From Squalus acanthias (lineage: Eukaryota): a stretch of DNA of 64,000 nt. The notes under the pieces were generated by a model. That model searched no databases, was not told the origin of the DNA, and saw nothing but the letters and a program-made list of their open reading frames with translations. The stretch is taken from positions 174,656,001 through 174,720,000 of the forward strand of contig CM059425.1 in NCBI GenBank assembly GCA_030390025.1, read 5' to 3'. Of this stretch, positions 23,593 to 36,010 are shown piece by piece. Made by a program: the position numbers and the translations under genes. Each line of letters opens with the position of its first letter. Position 1 is the stretch's first letter.

Positions 23593-24483
23593 CTCTTCTG
23601 ATTTGTGGGTGATTAAACAAATTATCTGTAACTGAATAAAACTTTAAATAAAACTTAACAAATTAAATTAAAATTTGATTAGCCAGGGTGATGATGCACT
23701 CCAGTCCCCGCGGCGCCCACCGGTCGCGGAAGGCCTCAAGCGTGCTGGCGGACACCGCGTGCTCCATCTCCAGGGCCACCCGGGCGCGAACATGGCCACG
23801 GAAGAGAGGCAATCGGGCCGAACGACCCCCTCGACCGCCCGCTGTCTGGACCAGTTAATAGCCTTTTTGGCCAGGCCCAGGAGCAGTCCTACGAGGAGGT
23901 CCTCCGATCTGCCGGCTCCCCTCCGCACCGGGTGACCAAAGATCAGGAGCGTGGGACTGAAGTGCAGCCAAAAATCGAGAAGCAGCCCCTTCAAATAATG
24001 AAAGAGGGGCTACAACCTCTCACATTCCGTGTACTCTTTTTGATTGGACAGAAACCAAATTAGCTGTAACTCAAATAAAACTTTAAATGAGACTTAACAA
24101 ATTAAATTAAAATTTGGTAGTCCGGGGTGACGATGCACTCCAGTCCCCGCGGCGCCCACCGGTCGCGGAAAAACTCAAGCGCGCCGGCGGACACCGCGTG
24201 CTCCATCTCCAGGGCCACCCGGGCGCGAACATGGCCGCGGAAGAGAGGCAGGCAATCGGGCCGAACGACCCCCTCGACCGCCCGCTGCCTGGACCAATTA
24301 ATGGCTTTCTTAGCCAGGCCCAGGAGCAGTCCTACGAGGAGGTCCTCCAACCTGCCCGCTCCCCTCCGCACCGGGTGACCGTAGATCAGGAGCGTGGGGC
24401 TGAAGTGCAACCAGAAATTGAGAAGCAGCCCCTTCAAATAATGAAAGAGGGGCTACAACCTCTCACATTCCGTGTATACATGG
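23593..24483 (-). mobile_element. Two tandem 3' fragments of a Tx1/L1-clade LINE (23593-24033 and 24034-24483)
   Basis: ORF2 C-terminus HVYTECERL..LLLGLAKKAINWSR..FRDRWAP; one 13-bp TSD GACAGTGAGTGTA (23580-23592, 24484-24496). Confidence 0.85.
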
Positions 24484-24559
24484 GACAGTGAGTGTATGGT
24501 CTGGCTCAGCAGCACACCACTCCTGGCACCGTGCCCACCTGTTTCCCTGTTGGAAGGAC

Positions 24560-25216
24560 GCCCGCTTTGCACGAGAAGGTCTGTATCCCAGCGTTCCGGG
24601 CGGCGCGGCGCTACTGCACATGCGCGGCGTGCGCCCCCTGTCCGTGACTGGAAGAAACGGTTTGACCCAACATGGCGCAGGAGGAGGAGAGAATGAGAGA
24701 GGAATAGAGAAGAAAGGGAAGACAAGAGAAAAAGGCCGCGGGGCACGATTTGCCGCATGGAGAAAGGGGATCCACTGCTTGAGGAGCTTTCGGGAGATAA
24801 CCGGTGCCGCAGCAGCAGGTGTGTCTGTGTGTGAATTTGCGGCTCGGTCGCACACGGTGGGCTTTGGGCTGAGTGGCGCTGCTCGGTGGTTCTTGTGACG
24901 GTGGCGGAGTCCCAGCAGAGAGCCGACTGGAACTCACTGCAGTGGGAACAGGGCCGGGGAAAAGGGAGAGAGACCGTGGGACTCTTCCATAAAGTGCGGG
25001 CATTGTACACATTTCACCAAAAATAAATAAAAGGTCTACGTGATCCCGAGCTTTAGGTCTCAATCGAGCAGGAGATTAATTTATAATTTATTAATTTCCA
25101 AATAGGGCTTTTAAACCATAGCCAGCGATCGTGTTAAACTTTTGAAAAATACAACTTTTTGTTCTCTCTTTCGATTTTGAACGTGCCGTGAATTTTTAAA
25201 ATCGGAAGAAAAATGG
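24560..25216 (+). promoter_or_regulatory. CpG-island promoter and probable first exon of an unidentified host gene
   Basis: CpG-rich, non-repeat sequence; NRF1-like TGCACATGCGCG (24615-24626); YY1-like CAACATGGCG (24668-24677); donors GCAG|GTGTGT (24818) and ATGG|GTAAGG (25216). Confidence 0.7.
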
Positions 25217-26659
25217 GTAAGGAACCGTCTGATGCAGTTTTTATTTTTAAGTTTGAAGATTAATCCGATCGTATTTTTCAACCCTCGCTGTTTTTTTTAA
25301 GAAACTGATGTCACCTGGTAAGGAGGAGTAAGATCAGAGATCAGGTTCATGTGTAACAAAGAAAGTTAGCTTTATTTGATACTCCCTTTCCCGATATGTC
25401 AACAGGCAAAATATATTTTGAAGCAGGGAAACATGTTTGAAGTTCAGTTAAATTTGGACTGTGGAGATGCAAAGGTGACAAGAAGGAAATTAAACCCATT
25501 ATGCACATCAGTAGGATTGCAATATGCACATCGACACACAATTGAAAAATGCACAATCATGAAGTCTTGCTTTATGAAATCATTAATATACATATACAAT
25601 ATGTATGTGTTTTTATAGTAATTGCTGATTTTTTGGAATATTAGGTGGTATTACATGTAACAACAAGACAACTATAACAAAGGAAAATTACCATTACAGA
25701 TGTACAGTAGGCTTGGGGAATTTGTACAGTGCATTATTGAGTGGTAACTTATCTATATCCAAGTGTAAACCCTGATTCAGTAAGTGATGGTTAATTCTGT
25801 AGTTAGCATTCTGCATACAAGGGACAGAATTACAGGTGACAACACTGATAGAGTTCCACAGGCAGACAAAATAGTGTAAGAAGCTTTAAGGATGACATTC
25901 AGTGAAAACTGAAGGTTAGTATAGAATATTGAGTTGGAGCTGTAGCACCTCTTGTGTTTCCGCGTAAGCATTGAAGGTCTTGCTTAAATACTGATAACTT
26001 TTGTGGCGCTACTTCAATCATAATCTTGTAATATCTTGGCAACATCTGTTTTAGAGGGTGCTTTCTGTCATGTATGTGGTGTCCTCATCAAGTTCACTGA
26101 TCTATATAGATTTGGACTGGAACAAGAGGGAGATTTTCTCTACAGCCTTCCCACCAGGGTTATAATCTGTCAGTGGATGTGTATGATTTGTAGAACACCT
26201 GAAGTTGCTGATAAGTTAGGTTAACTGTTCATCATTCCCAAGCATCGATTATTTTTAACGACTTGTTTGCTGGAGCCTAGGTCAAGTGCAATTATGAAGC
26301 TAATATTGAATATTTTTGAGTGACGAGTTTACACCCTTGTCGTACTTTACTGCAGGAGTGTCCAAACTGACTCTTGAGCTCTGACAATCCCCAGGCAACT
26401 CATTTGTATTTTGTGCTTCTATTGCTCATTTGCTGGTTTGCCCTGTTTTAATTTTGTGGGCATGAAGTTTTGGGAAGGCTGTACTTGGCATTTTTGCATA
26501 ATTAGTGGATAAATCCTAAATATGGTATCAGCCATATGAGATATATATTAGGAATACTGATTTAAACTTTAAATGTGGCTAGAAGCTCCATGGAATACAA
26601 AGATTAAAAAACTGAACATACTGCCTTGCTTTACAAAGGTGTGTTCACAAGTTGTTACG

Positions 26660-27960
26660 GATGAGCAAGGCCATTTGGCCCATCTCAATTCATCCTCCCA
26701 AAAATAGCCTTATGTCCCCACAACTCAGTGTCTAGTTGTTTCTTAAATGATTCCAGGGTTTTCACCTCCACTTTTCCTGTAAGCCTATTCCATATGTTGG
26801 TCACGCTGTGTGAAGAAGAATTTTGTGGCATCCATGCTAAATTTACTGTTGTTATTTTATCCCACTGTTAGTTTAATTTCGGGTAATTTTTTTACATTTA
26901 CTTTTTTAATTCTCCTAACTATTTTGTACACTGCTAAAATATGACCTCACTAATGCTTCCTTTCATGAATGAAAAGCCCAAGTTTCTCTCATCTTTCCTA
27001 ATAATTCAGACCCTTGAGACTAAGGGTCAGCCTTGTGGCTCTTCTCTGCACTGCCTACAGTTTGTGAATGTCTCCTTTATGTCTCAGCAACCAGAACTTG
27101 ACGCAGTACTTGAGGTGTGGTTTGACCAGAACACTATACAATTTGGTGGCAACCATTGTTCCCGCTAAGTGCGTAGTCATCTGCAAGGTCCTGCGCAGGC
27201 TGCTCACGGGCTTTTAAATTGTCGATACTGCGCAGGCGCAAAAATTTGAATGGGGGAGGCAGGCCGAGCAGGAGGCAGTGCAGCTTACGGGGACATTGGT
27301 GGCAACTTCCTCGGACATATTCGACTGTTTGGGCTTTATAGTTAAACATTCTGTTAGCTTTGCTGATTGCTGCTTTGCGTTGATTGGACGTACTGAGACT
27401 CATAGGTCTCTTTTGCCTCCATTTATAGCTGTTTCAGCACCATTCATGCAGTACATGTGTCACTTATTTAGTTCTTGCTACCTGTAGAACTTTACACTTA
27501 TCTGGCATTGCTCTGCCCATTTAGATATTTTATCCATTTCATTCTCTAGTTTCTGAGTTGTCTCCTCTGATTCTACTGTCCTTCCTAGTTCAGTTACATC
27601 TGCAAATTGGACTAATTTGCATTGAGCCTTTGAATCCAGATCATTGATGTAAATTAGATACAATTATGGTCCCAAAACCCAGCCCTGGGACAACCACTCA
27701 GTACTTTCCCCCATCATGACGTAACATCATTGAGTACTTGTGTTATCTGCCCTTCAGCCAGTTTCTTATTGTTTCCCAGGGTGTACCCTGAAACCCTAGA
27801 GTTTTGAGTTTAACATGGCTTTCCATGTTAAACTTTGTCAAATACCTTTCAGAAGTCTAGGTACATCACATCATAGGGTTTTCCACAGTCCACTTGGATT
27901 GTCACTTCCTCAAAAAAGTCGACGTTAGTCAAGCAAGATCTTCACCTTCTGAATCCTCAT
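26660..27960 (-). mobile_element. Old CR1 LINE RT/3' fragment
   Basis: IYINDLD..QFADVTELG, PHLKYCVKFW; degenerate tail at ~26670. Confidence 0.75.
27154..27298. mobile_element. 145-bp hAT-type MITE
   Basis: TIRs CATTGTTCCCGCTAAG / CTTACGGGGACATTG; perfect 8-bp TSD GTGGCAAC (27146-27153, 27299-27306). Confidence 0.88.
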
Positions 27961-28084
27961 GAATTATTTGTTTTGAGCCCTTTTAGTCTGCTTATGACTT
28001 TCATCTCATTTATATTAAAGTCATGGATTTTGTTACAGATTATTTCTGTTTGGGTAGCGCATGTTACTCATGGAACTCTGTTCC

Positions 28085-30192
28085 CTAGCTACCGACTCCA
28101 TCCCTCTCCCTTGCCATTGTCTGAGGCTGAACCAGACCGTTTCAACTTTAGCGTCCTATTTGACTTTGAGCTGAGCTTCCGACCCTATATCCTCTCCAAC
28201 ACCAAGACCGCCTACTTCCACCTGCATAATATTGCCCTTATCCGCCACTGCCTCAGCTCATCTGCTGCTAAAACCCTCCTACATGCCTTTTTACCTCCAG
28301 ACTCGACTATTCCAATGCTCTTATGGACGGCCTCCCACTTTGCACCCTCCGTAAACTTGAGTTCATCCAAAACTCTGCTGCCCATATCATAACTCGCACC
28401 AAGTCTCGTTCATCAATCACCCCTACGCTTGCTGATCTACATTGGCTCCCGGTTTGGCAACACCTCGATTTAAAAATTCTTATACTTGTTTTCAAATCCT
28501 CCCCCCCCCCCCTCCCTATCTTTTTAAAATTCGTTTATGGGATGTGGGCGTCACTGGCAAGGCCAGCATTTATTGCCCATCCCTAATTGCCCTCGAGAAG
28601 GTGGTGGTGAGCCGCCGCCTTGAACCGCTGCAGTCCGTGTGGTGAAGGTACTCCCACACTGCTGTTAGGTAGGGAGTTCCAGGATTTTGACCCAGCGACA
28701 ATGAAGGATCGGCAATATACTTCTAAGTCAGGATGGCGTGTGACTTGGAGGGGAACTTGGAGGTGGTGGTGTTCCCATGCGCCTGCTGCCCTTGTCCTTC
28801 TAGGTGGAAGAGGTCGCGGGTTTGGGAGGTGCTGCCGAAGAAGCCTTGGCGAGTTGCTGCAGTGCATCTTGTAGATGGCACACACTGCAGCCACGGTACG
28901 CCGGTGGTGGAGGGAGTGAATGTTTAAGGTGGTAGATGGGGTGCCAATCAAGCGGGCTGCTTTTCCTGGATGGTGTTGAGGTTCTTGAGTGTTGTTGGAG
29001 CTGCACTCATCCAGGCAAGTGGAGAGTATTCCATCACGCTCCTTACTTGTGCCTTGTAGATGGTGGAAAGGCTTTGGGGAGTCAGCAGATGAGACCCTCG
29101 CCACAGAATACCTAGCCTCTGACCTGCTCTTGTTGCCACAGTATTTATGTGGCTGGTCCAGTTAAGTTTCTGGTCAATGGTGACCCCCCAGGATGTTGAT
29201 GGTGGGGGATTCGACGATGGTAATGCTGTTGAATGTCAAAGGGCGGTGGTTAGACTCTCGCTTGTTATGATAGTCATTGCCTGGCACTTGTGTGGCGCGA
29301 ATGTTACCTGCTACTTATCAGCCCAAGCCTAAACGTCATCCAGGTCTTGTTGCATGTGGGCATGGACTGCTTCATTATCTGATGAGTTGTGAATGGTGCT
29401 GAACACTGTGCAGTCATCAGCGAACATCGCCATTTCTGACTTTATGTTGGAGGGAAGATCATTGATGAAGCAGCTGAAGATGGTTGGGCCTAGGACACTG
29501 CCCTGAGGAACTCCTGCAGCAATGTCCTGGGGCTGTGATGATTGACCTTCAACCACCACAACCATCTTCCTTTGTGCTAGGTATGACTCCAGCCAGTGGA
29601 GAGTTTTCCCCCTGATTCCCATTGACTTCAGTATTACTAGGGCTTCTTGATGCCACACTAAGTCAAATGCTGCCTTGATGTCAAGGGCAGTCGCTCTCAC
29701 CTCACCTCTGGAATTCAGCTCCTTTGTCCATGTTTGGACCAAGGCTGTAATGAGGTCGGGAGCCGAGTGGTCTTGGCGGAACCCAAACTGGGCATCAGTG
29801 AGCAGGTTATTGTTGAGTAAGTGCCGCTTGATAGCACTGTTGATGACACCTTGCTGCTGATCTCTGTAACCTCCTCCAACCCTCCGAGATCTCTGAGCTC
29901 CTCCAATTCTGGCCCCTTGCACATTCCCTATTTTCATCGCTCCACCATTGGTGGCCGTGTCTTCAGCTTCTTTGGCCCTAAACTCTGGAATTCCCTCCCT
30001 AAACCTCTGCATCTCTACCCCTCTCTCCTCCTTTAAGACTCCCCTTAAAACCTACCTCTTTGGCCAAGCTTTTGGTCACCTGTCCGACTATCATCTTATG
30101 TGGCTCGATGTCAAATTTTGTTTGATAATTCTCCTGTGAAGTGCCCTGGGACGTTTTCCTTTGTTAAAGGTGCTATATAAATGTATGTTGTA
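28085..30192 (+). mobile_element. L2 LINE 3' part, split by family B LINE (28521-29858)
   Basis: AYFHLHNIA..KLEFIQNSAAHI..LHWLPV; resumes at 29859 (TIGGRVFS..PKLWNSLP); L2 tail GGTGCTATATAAATG. Confidence 0.8.
28521..29858 (-). mobile_element. CR1-group LINE family B, RT to 3' end
   Basis: [28 protein letters not shown]; same 3'UTR as the other copies. Confidence 0.92.
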
Positions 30193-30307
30193 CTTGTCTT
30201 CCCTTATGAATACTTGGAGGAAGTAATCATGCAGAATAAGCAGTTATGACATAAACTGCTAAAATAAAGCTTGAATAATTTAAGAATCTCAGAATACAAA
30301 AATTAAG

Positions 30308-31150
30308 TTTTTTTTTAAATTCGTTCCTGGAATGTGGGCGTCGTTGGCAAGGCCAGCATTTATTGCCCATCCCTAATTGCCCTCGAGAAGATGGAGGTGA
30401 GCCGCCGCCTTGAACTGCTGCAGTCCATGTGGCGAAGGTACTCCCTGTTAGGTAGGGAGTTCCAGGATTTTGACCTAGCGACGATGAAGGAATGGCGATA
30501 TATTTCCAAGTCAGGGTGGTGTGTGACTTGGAGGGGAGCTTGCAGATGGTGGTGTTCCTATGTGCATTCTGCCCTGGTCCTTCTCGGCGGTAGAGGTCAC
30601 GGGTTTGGGAGGTGCTGTTGAAGAAGCCTTGGAGAGTTGCTGCAGTGCATCTTGTAGATGGTGCACACTGCAGCCACGGTGCGCCAGTGGTGCAGGGAGT
30701 GAATATTTAAGGTGGTGGATGGGGTGCCACTCAAGCGGGCTGCTTTGTCCTGGATGGTGTCGAGCTTCTTGAGTGTTATTAGAGCTGCACTCATCCAGGC
30801 AAGTGGAGAGTATTCCATTACACTCCTGATTTGTGCCTTGTAGATGGTGGAAAGGCTTTGGGGAGTCAGGAGATGAGACACTCGTTGCAGAATACCCAGC
30901 CTCTGACCTGCTCTTGTAGCCGCAGTATTTATCTGGCTGGTCTAGTTAAGTTTCTGGATTATGGTGACCCCCCAGGATGTTGATGGTGGGGGATTCAGCG
31001 ATGGTAATGCCGTTGAATGTCAAGGGGAGGTGGTGAGACTCTCTTGTTGGAGATGGTCATTGCCTGACACTTATGTGGCACAAATGTTACTTGACACTTA
31101 TCAGCCGAAGCCTGAATGTTGTCCAAGTCTTGCTGTACGTGGGCACGGAC
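30308..31150 (-). mobile_element. CR1-group LINE family B 3' fragment
   Basis: ORF 30597-30881 MEYSPLAW..DKAARL. Confidence 0.9.
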
Positions 31151-31159
31151 AATTGAACT

Positions 31160-31705
31160 CTTTATTCCGTGATATACTCTTCCGTTTTCCAAAATCTATC
31201 AAATTCTGACACCAGGCCTCATAGGCATTTAACAGGTCATCTTTCTTTTAGATTTTATCCAGGAATTCTATTGGAGAGTCAAAACCTTAATCATTATCCA
31301 ACTGAATTGCATCCATCTCAGAAAATACCTTACTTCTGATTTTACTTTGTTCAGGAAGTGACAACACCAAGGCCATGCCTTGTTTTCTCTTTGGTAGAGT
31401 AGTAACCTGTGTCCATATATCAACCTCATTCTTCCACTGGTCATACAGTTCAAACTCTGAGAACATCGGAGGGTAATCGTACCTCGACGATTTAAACTTG
31501 CTTTCTGCCATTTTCCACAATCCCACTAGGCTTTCAAGTTTTACGTCTCCAAAAAAAATCATAGTTTCCAAGCTCCACCTTTAGGCAACCATTCCCTGCT
31601 ACCATGTAAAAGTCAGATAGTCAGGTGGGGAAGGATAGAATGCTAGCGCCTAGTCTTCAGTCACTTCCAAGCCTTTATTTACAGAGACACATTACGTACC
31701 GTGCT
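31160..31705 (-). mobile_element. Copia-type LTR retrotransposon remnant: partial 5' LTR, tRNA-iMet PBS, gag N-terminus
   Basis: Minus strand: AATAAA..ACA (LTR end, 31605) then TGGTAGCAGGGAATGGTT (31604-31587); gag YDQWKNEVDIWTQVTTLPKRKQGMALVLSLP..FLDKI*KKDDL..AYEAW. Confidence 0.75.
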
Positions 31706-31707
31706 AA

Positions 31708-32490
31708 GGGGCATGATTAGGAAGTTTGCAGATGATACAAAAATAAAAAAATGGTAGGGTACTGAAAAGTATAGAGGAACAGATGGATCTTGGAGTGCAA
31801 GTCCACAGATCCCTGAAGATAGCAAGTAGATAAGTTGGTTAAGAAGGCATACGGGATACTTTCCTTCATTAGCCGAGGCATAGAATATGAGAGCAGGGAG
31901 GTTATGCTTGAACTGTATAAGACACTAGTTAGGTCACAGCTAGAGTACTGCGTACAGTTCTGGTCACCACATTACAGGAAAGATGTGATTGCGCTAGAGA
32001 GGGTACAGAGGAGTTTTACGAGGATGTTGCCAGGACTGGAGAACTTTAGCTATGAGGAAAGATTGGATAGGCTGGGGTTGTTTCCTTTGGAACAGAGGAG
32101 GCTGAGGGGAGACTTAATTGAGGTGTATAAAATTATGAGGGGCCTAGATAGAGTGGATAGGAAGGACATATTTCCCCTAGCAGAGAGGTCAATAACTGGG
32201 GGGTATATATTTATAGTAATTGGTAGAAAGATTAGAGGGGAGTTGAGGAGAAGTTATTTCACCCAGAGGGTGGTGGAGGTCTGAAACTCACTGCCTGAAA
32301 GGGTGGTAGAGGCAGAGACCCTCATCACATTTAAAAAGTACTTGGATATGCACTTGAAGTGCCGTAACCTACAAGGCTACAGACCAAGAGCTGGAAAGTG
32401 GGATTAGGCTGGATAGCTCTTTTTCGACCAGCACAGACATGATTGGCCGAATGGCCTCCCTCTGTGCCGTAAATATCTGATTCTATGATA
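31708..32490 (+). mobile_element. CR1 LINE 3' fragment
   Basis: ORF 31835-32284 [19 protein letters not shown]; tail GGCCGAATGGCC. Confidence 0.9.
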
Positions 32491-32504
32491 TACACCACCT
32501 GAAT

Positions 32505-34541
32505 ACAAATAACACTGAACACTCTGCAGTCATCAGTGAACATCCCCACTTCTGACCTTATGATGGAGGGAAGGTCATTGATGAAGCAGCTGAAGATGGT
32601 TGGGCCTAGGACACTGCCATGAGGAAATCCTGCAGCGTTGTCCTGGGGGCTGAGATGATTAGCCTCCAACAACCACCTTCCTTTATGTTAGGTCTGACTC
32701 CAGCCATTGGAGAGTTTCCCCCCGATTCCCATTGACTTCAATTTTACTCGGGCTTCTTGTTCCACACTCTGTCAAATGCTGCCTTGATGTCAAGGGCAGT
32801 CAGTCACTCTCGCCTCACCTCTGGAATTCAGCTCTTTTGTCCATGTTCGGGCTAAGGCTGTATGAGATGTGGAGCCACGTGGTCCTGGCTGAACCCTGGT
32901 GAGCAGGTTATTGATGAGTAAGTGCCACTTGATAGCACTGTCGACAAAACCAGCCATCACTTTGCTGATGATTGAGAGTAGACTGATGGGACGGTAATTG
33001 GCCGGATTGGGTTTATCCTGCTTTTTGTAGATAGGATATACCTGGACAATTTTCCACTTTGTCAGGTAGATGTTGTAGCTGCATTGGAGCAGCTTGGCTT
33101 AAGGCATAGCTAATTCTGAAACACAAGTCTTCAGCACTATAGCCGGAATGTTGTCGGGGCCCATCACCTTTGCTGTATCCAGTCGCTCAGCTGTTTCTTG
33201 ATATCACGTGGAGTGAATCGAATTGGCTGAAGACTGGCTTCTGTGATGGTGGAGGCCGAGATGGATCATCCACTCTGTACTTCTGGCTGAAGATGGTTGC
33301 AAACGCTTCAGCCTTGTCTTTTGCACTCAAATGCTGGGCTTCTCCATCATTGAGGATGGGGAAGTTCATGGAGCCCCCTCATCCCATTAATTGTTTAATT
33401 GTCCACCACCATTCACGACTGGATGTGGCAGGACTGCAGAGCTTTGATCTGATCCTTTGGTTATGGGATCGCTTAGCTCTGTCTGTAGCATGCTGCTTCT
33501 GCTGTTTGGTAGGTATGTAGTCTTGTGTTTTAGCTTCCCCAGGTTGGCACCTCATTTTTAGGTACAACTGGCATGCTCTTCTACACTCCTCATTGAACCA
33601 GGATTGGTCCCCTGGCTTGATAGTAATTGTAGAGTGAGGGATATGCCGGACCATGAGGTTACATATTGTGGTGGAATACAATTCTGCTGCTGCTGATGGC
33701 CCACAGCGCCTCATGGATGCCCAGTTTTGAGCTGCTAGATCTGTTCTAATTTTAGCACGGTGGTAGTGCCACACAACATGATGGAGGTTGTCCTCAGTGT
33801 GAAGACGGGACTTCGTCTCTACAAGGACTGTGCAGTAGTCACTCCTACCAATACTGTAATGGACAGATTTTCTCTTGTGTTGGTTCTCTCTCCACCTGCC
33901 GTAGGCCCAGTCTGGCAGCTATGTCCTTCAGGGCTTGGTCAGTATTGGCGTGACCGAGCCCCTCTTGGTGATCGATATTGAAGTCCCCCACCCCAGAGTA
34001 CATTCTGTGCCCTTGCTACCCTCAGCGCTTCTTGCAAGTGGTGTTCAACATTTTCAGCTGACTCATCAGCTGAGGGAGAATGGTAGGTGGTAATCAGCAG
34101 GAGGTTTCCTGGCCCATGCTTGACCTGAAGCCATGAGACTTAAAGGGGTCCGGAGTCAATGTTGAGGACTCCCAGGGCCACTCCCTCCCGACAGTATACC
34201 ACTGTGCCGCCACGTCTGGTGGGTCTGTCCTGCTGGTGGTACGAGACATACCATGGGATGGTGATGGAGGAGTCTGGGATGTTGGCTGAAAGATATGATT
34301 CTGTGAGTATGACTATGTCTAGCTGCTGCTTGACTAGTCTGTAGGTCAGCTCTCCCAATTTTGGCACAAGTCCCCAGATGTTGGCTGAGAATGACTTTGC
34401 AGGGTTGACTGGGCTGGGTGTGCCTTGGTCGTGTCCAGTGCCTAGGTCGATGTCCGATTTTATTATTCTTGTAGTTTTTCGTTGATTCAACTGAGGGGCA
34501 GTTAAGAGTCAGCCATGTTGCTGTGGGTCTGGAGTCACATA
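32505..34541 (-). mobile_element. CR1-group LINE family B, APE to RT, degenerate
   Basis: ANIWGL..DIVILTESYL..DR..RGGTVVY (APE N-terminus) through GSVLGP..MFTDD. Confidence 0.9.
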
Positions 34542-34544
34542 TCG

Positions 34545-34993
34545 ATGGGGGATCTTAGCTACAAGGACAGGTTGGAGAAGCTGGATTTGTTTTCATTAGA
34601 GCAAAGGAGGTTGAGGGGTGATTTGATAGAGGTGTACAAGATTATGATAGGTTTGGATAGGCTAGACAGGGAAAGGCTGTTCCCATTAGTTGATGGTACA
34701 AGGACTAAGGGACACAGATTTAAGGTTTTGGGCAAGAGATACAGGGGGGACGTGAGGAAAAACTTTTTTACGCAGCGAGTGGTGAGGACCTGGAACACTC
34801 TGCCGATGGAAGTGGTGGAAGCGGAGACACTCAATATTTTCAAGGGGAGATTGGATAGGCACTTGAGGGAAATATACTTGCAGGGCTACGGGGATAGAGC
34901 GGGGGAATGGGACTGACTGGATTGCTCTACAGAGAGCCGGCAGGGACTAGATGGGCCGAATGGCCTCCTTCTGTGCCGTTATGACTCTATGAC
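34545..34993 (+). mobile_element. CR1 LINE 3' fragment
   Basis: LFSLEQRRLRGDLIEVYKI..FFTQRVV..WN.LP; tail (TATGACTC)n. Confidence 0.9.
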
Positions 34994-35594
34994 TGGATAT
35001 TGTTGGTGGAAGGAAAACACTTGATTAACCAAATGACCTGTTCTGTTGAGTTTTCTTATTATTTCACCAGATATTAGCAATAACTTTGTTTCTAACATTT
35101 GTTGGGAGGTGGTGAGGAACTAAAGCTGGAGTTAACATGCACTCAGTGCAATCATAAATCTGTATGAGATTCATGCCTCACTCCTTTAGTACCTTCAATT
35201 ATCTCTTAGGTTATGCCACCACTTTTTCATTGAAATGCACCCAGAACCACTTTCCATTGAAGCAAATGTGCTTGTAGAACTGTGACCTAATTTAAGATTT
35301 AAAAAGTGATTCCCTCCCCCTCCTGTCTTGGTATTGTTCAGCTTTAATCAGACACTCGTTCACAGCAACATTTCCAGTTCAGGACCGTCTTCTTGGGTTA
35401 TAGATTCCCAGCTCACTTTTGTCTGCATTATACCGCTTGAAGTGAACCGTGAAACAGAAAAAAAAAATTTGCCTGAAGAGGTTCACCAAGACACTCACTG
35501 TCAAGAGATTGGGACAATTTTTTTTTTTAAAAAAAGGTTAACCTAAAAATATATATATTCCAAATAGAAGATAAAAAAATATAACTGTATTCAC

Positions 35595-36005
35595 CTTCCT
35601 GCCCGCCGCGCACATTGAGGTCCTCAACTTTCTCCGATCAATAACCAACCCCCGCGGTGTATTCCAAAGTGCGGCTGGAGACTGCCTTCGAGCAGGTCCA
35701 GGAAACTGAGTGATGTCGAGCGCAGGCCTCAGCAAAACCGAGTGCAAATCAGAGCTGCCAGGCCCTACGGACATCCCGGCACCATTAAATCGATGGTGCA
35801 GCGCGCCTCCCCCCTCCTACCCACCACTTCCTGGTTTCTTCTCCTGTCTGACTCGTAACAAAGGAGAGGACTGAGGCGCTCCCAGAATGCACTGCGGCCC
35901 TAGGGAGCATGCGCACTCTCAGCAGGGAAATCAGCGCATTGGATTGAGCAGTTGCTGGGGCACAGAGAATTGTGGGTCTGTGGCTGCCATTAGTCAACAG
36001 CTGAC
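35595..36005 (-). promoter_or_regulatory. Second CpG-rich promoter-like region with minus-strand splice donor
   Basis: ETS CACTTCCTG (35825), ZNF143-like CTCCCAGAATGCACTG (35879-35894), NRF1-like GCATGCGCA (35907), CCAAT (35938), minus-strand donor AAG|GTGAAT at 35595. Confidence 0.55.
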
Positions 36006-36010
36006 TGTAA

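Noticed and set aside
24453..25063. Several 130-185 aa ORFs over the CpG island
   Set aside because: Expected from GC richness; partly run into the Tx1 fragment; no homology recognised
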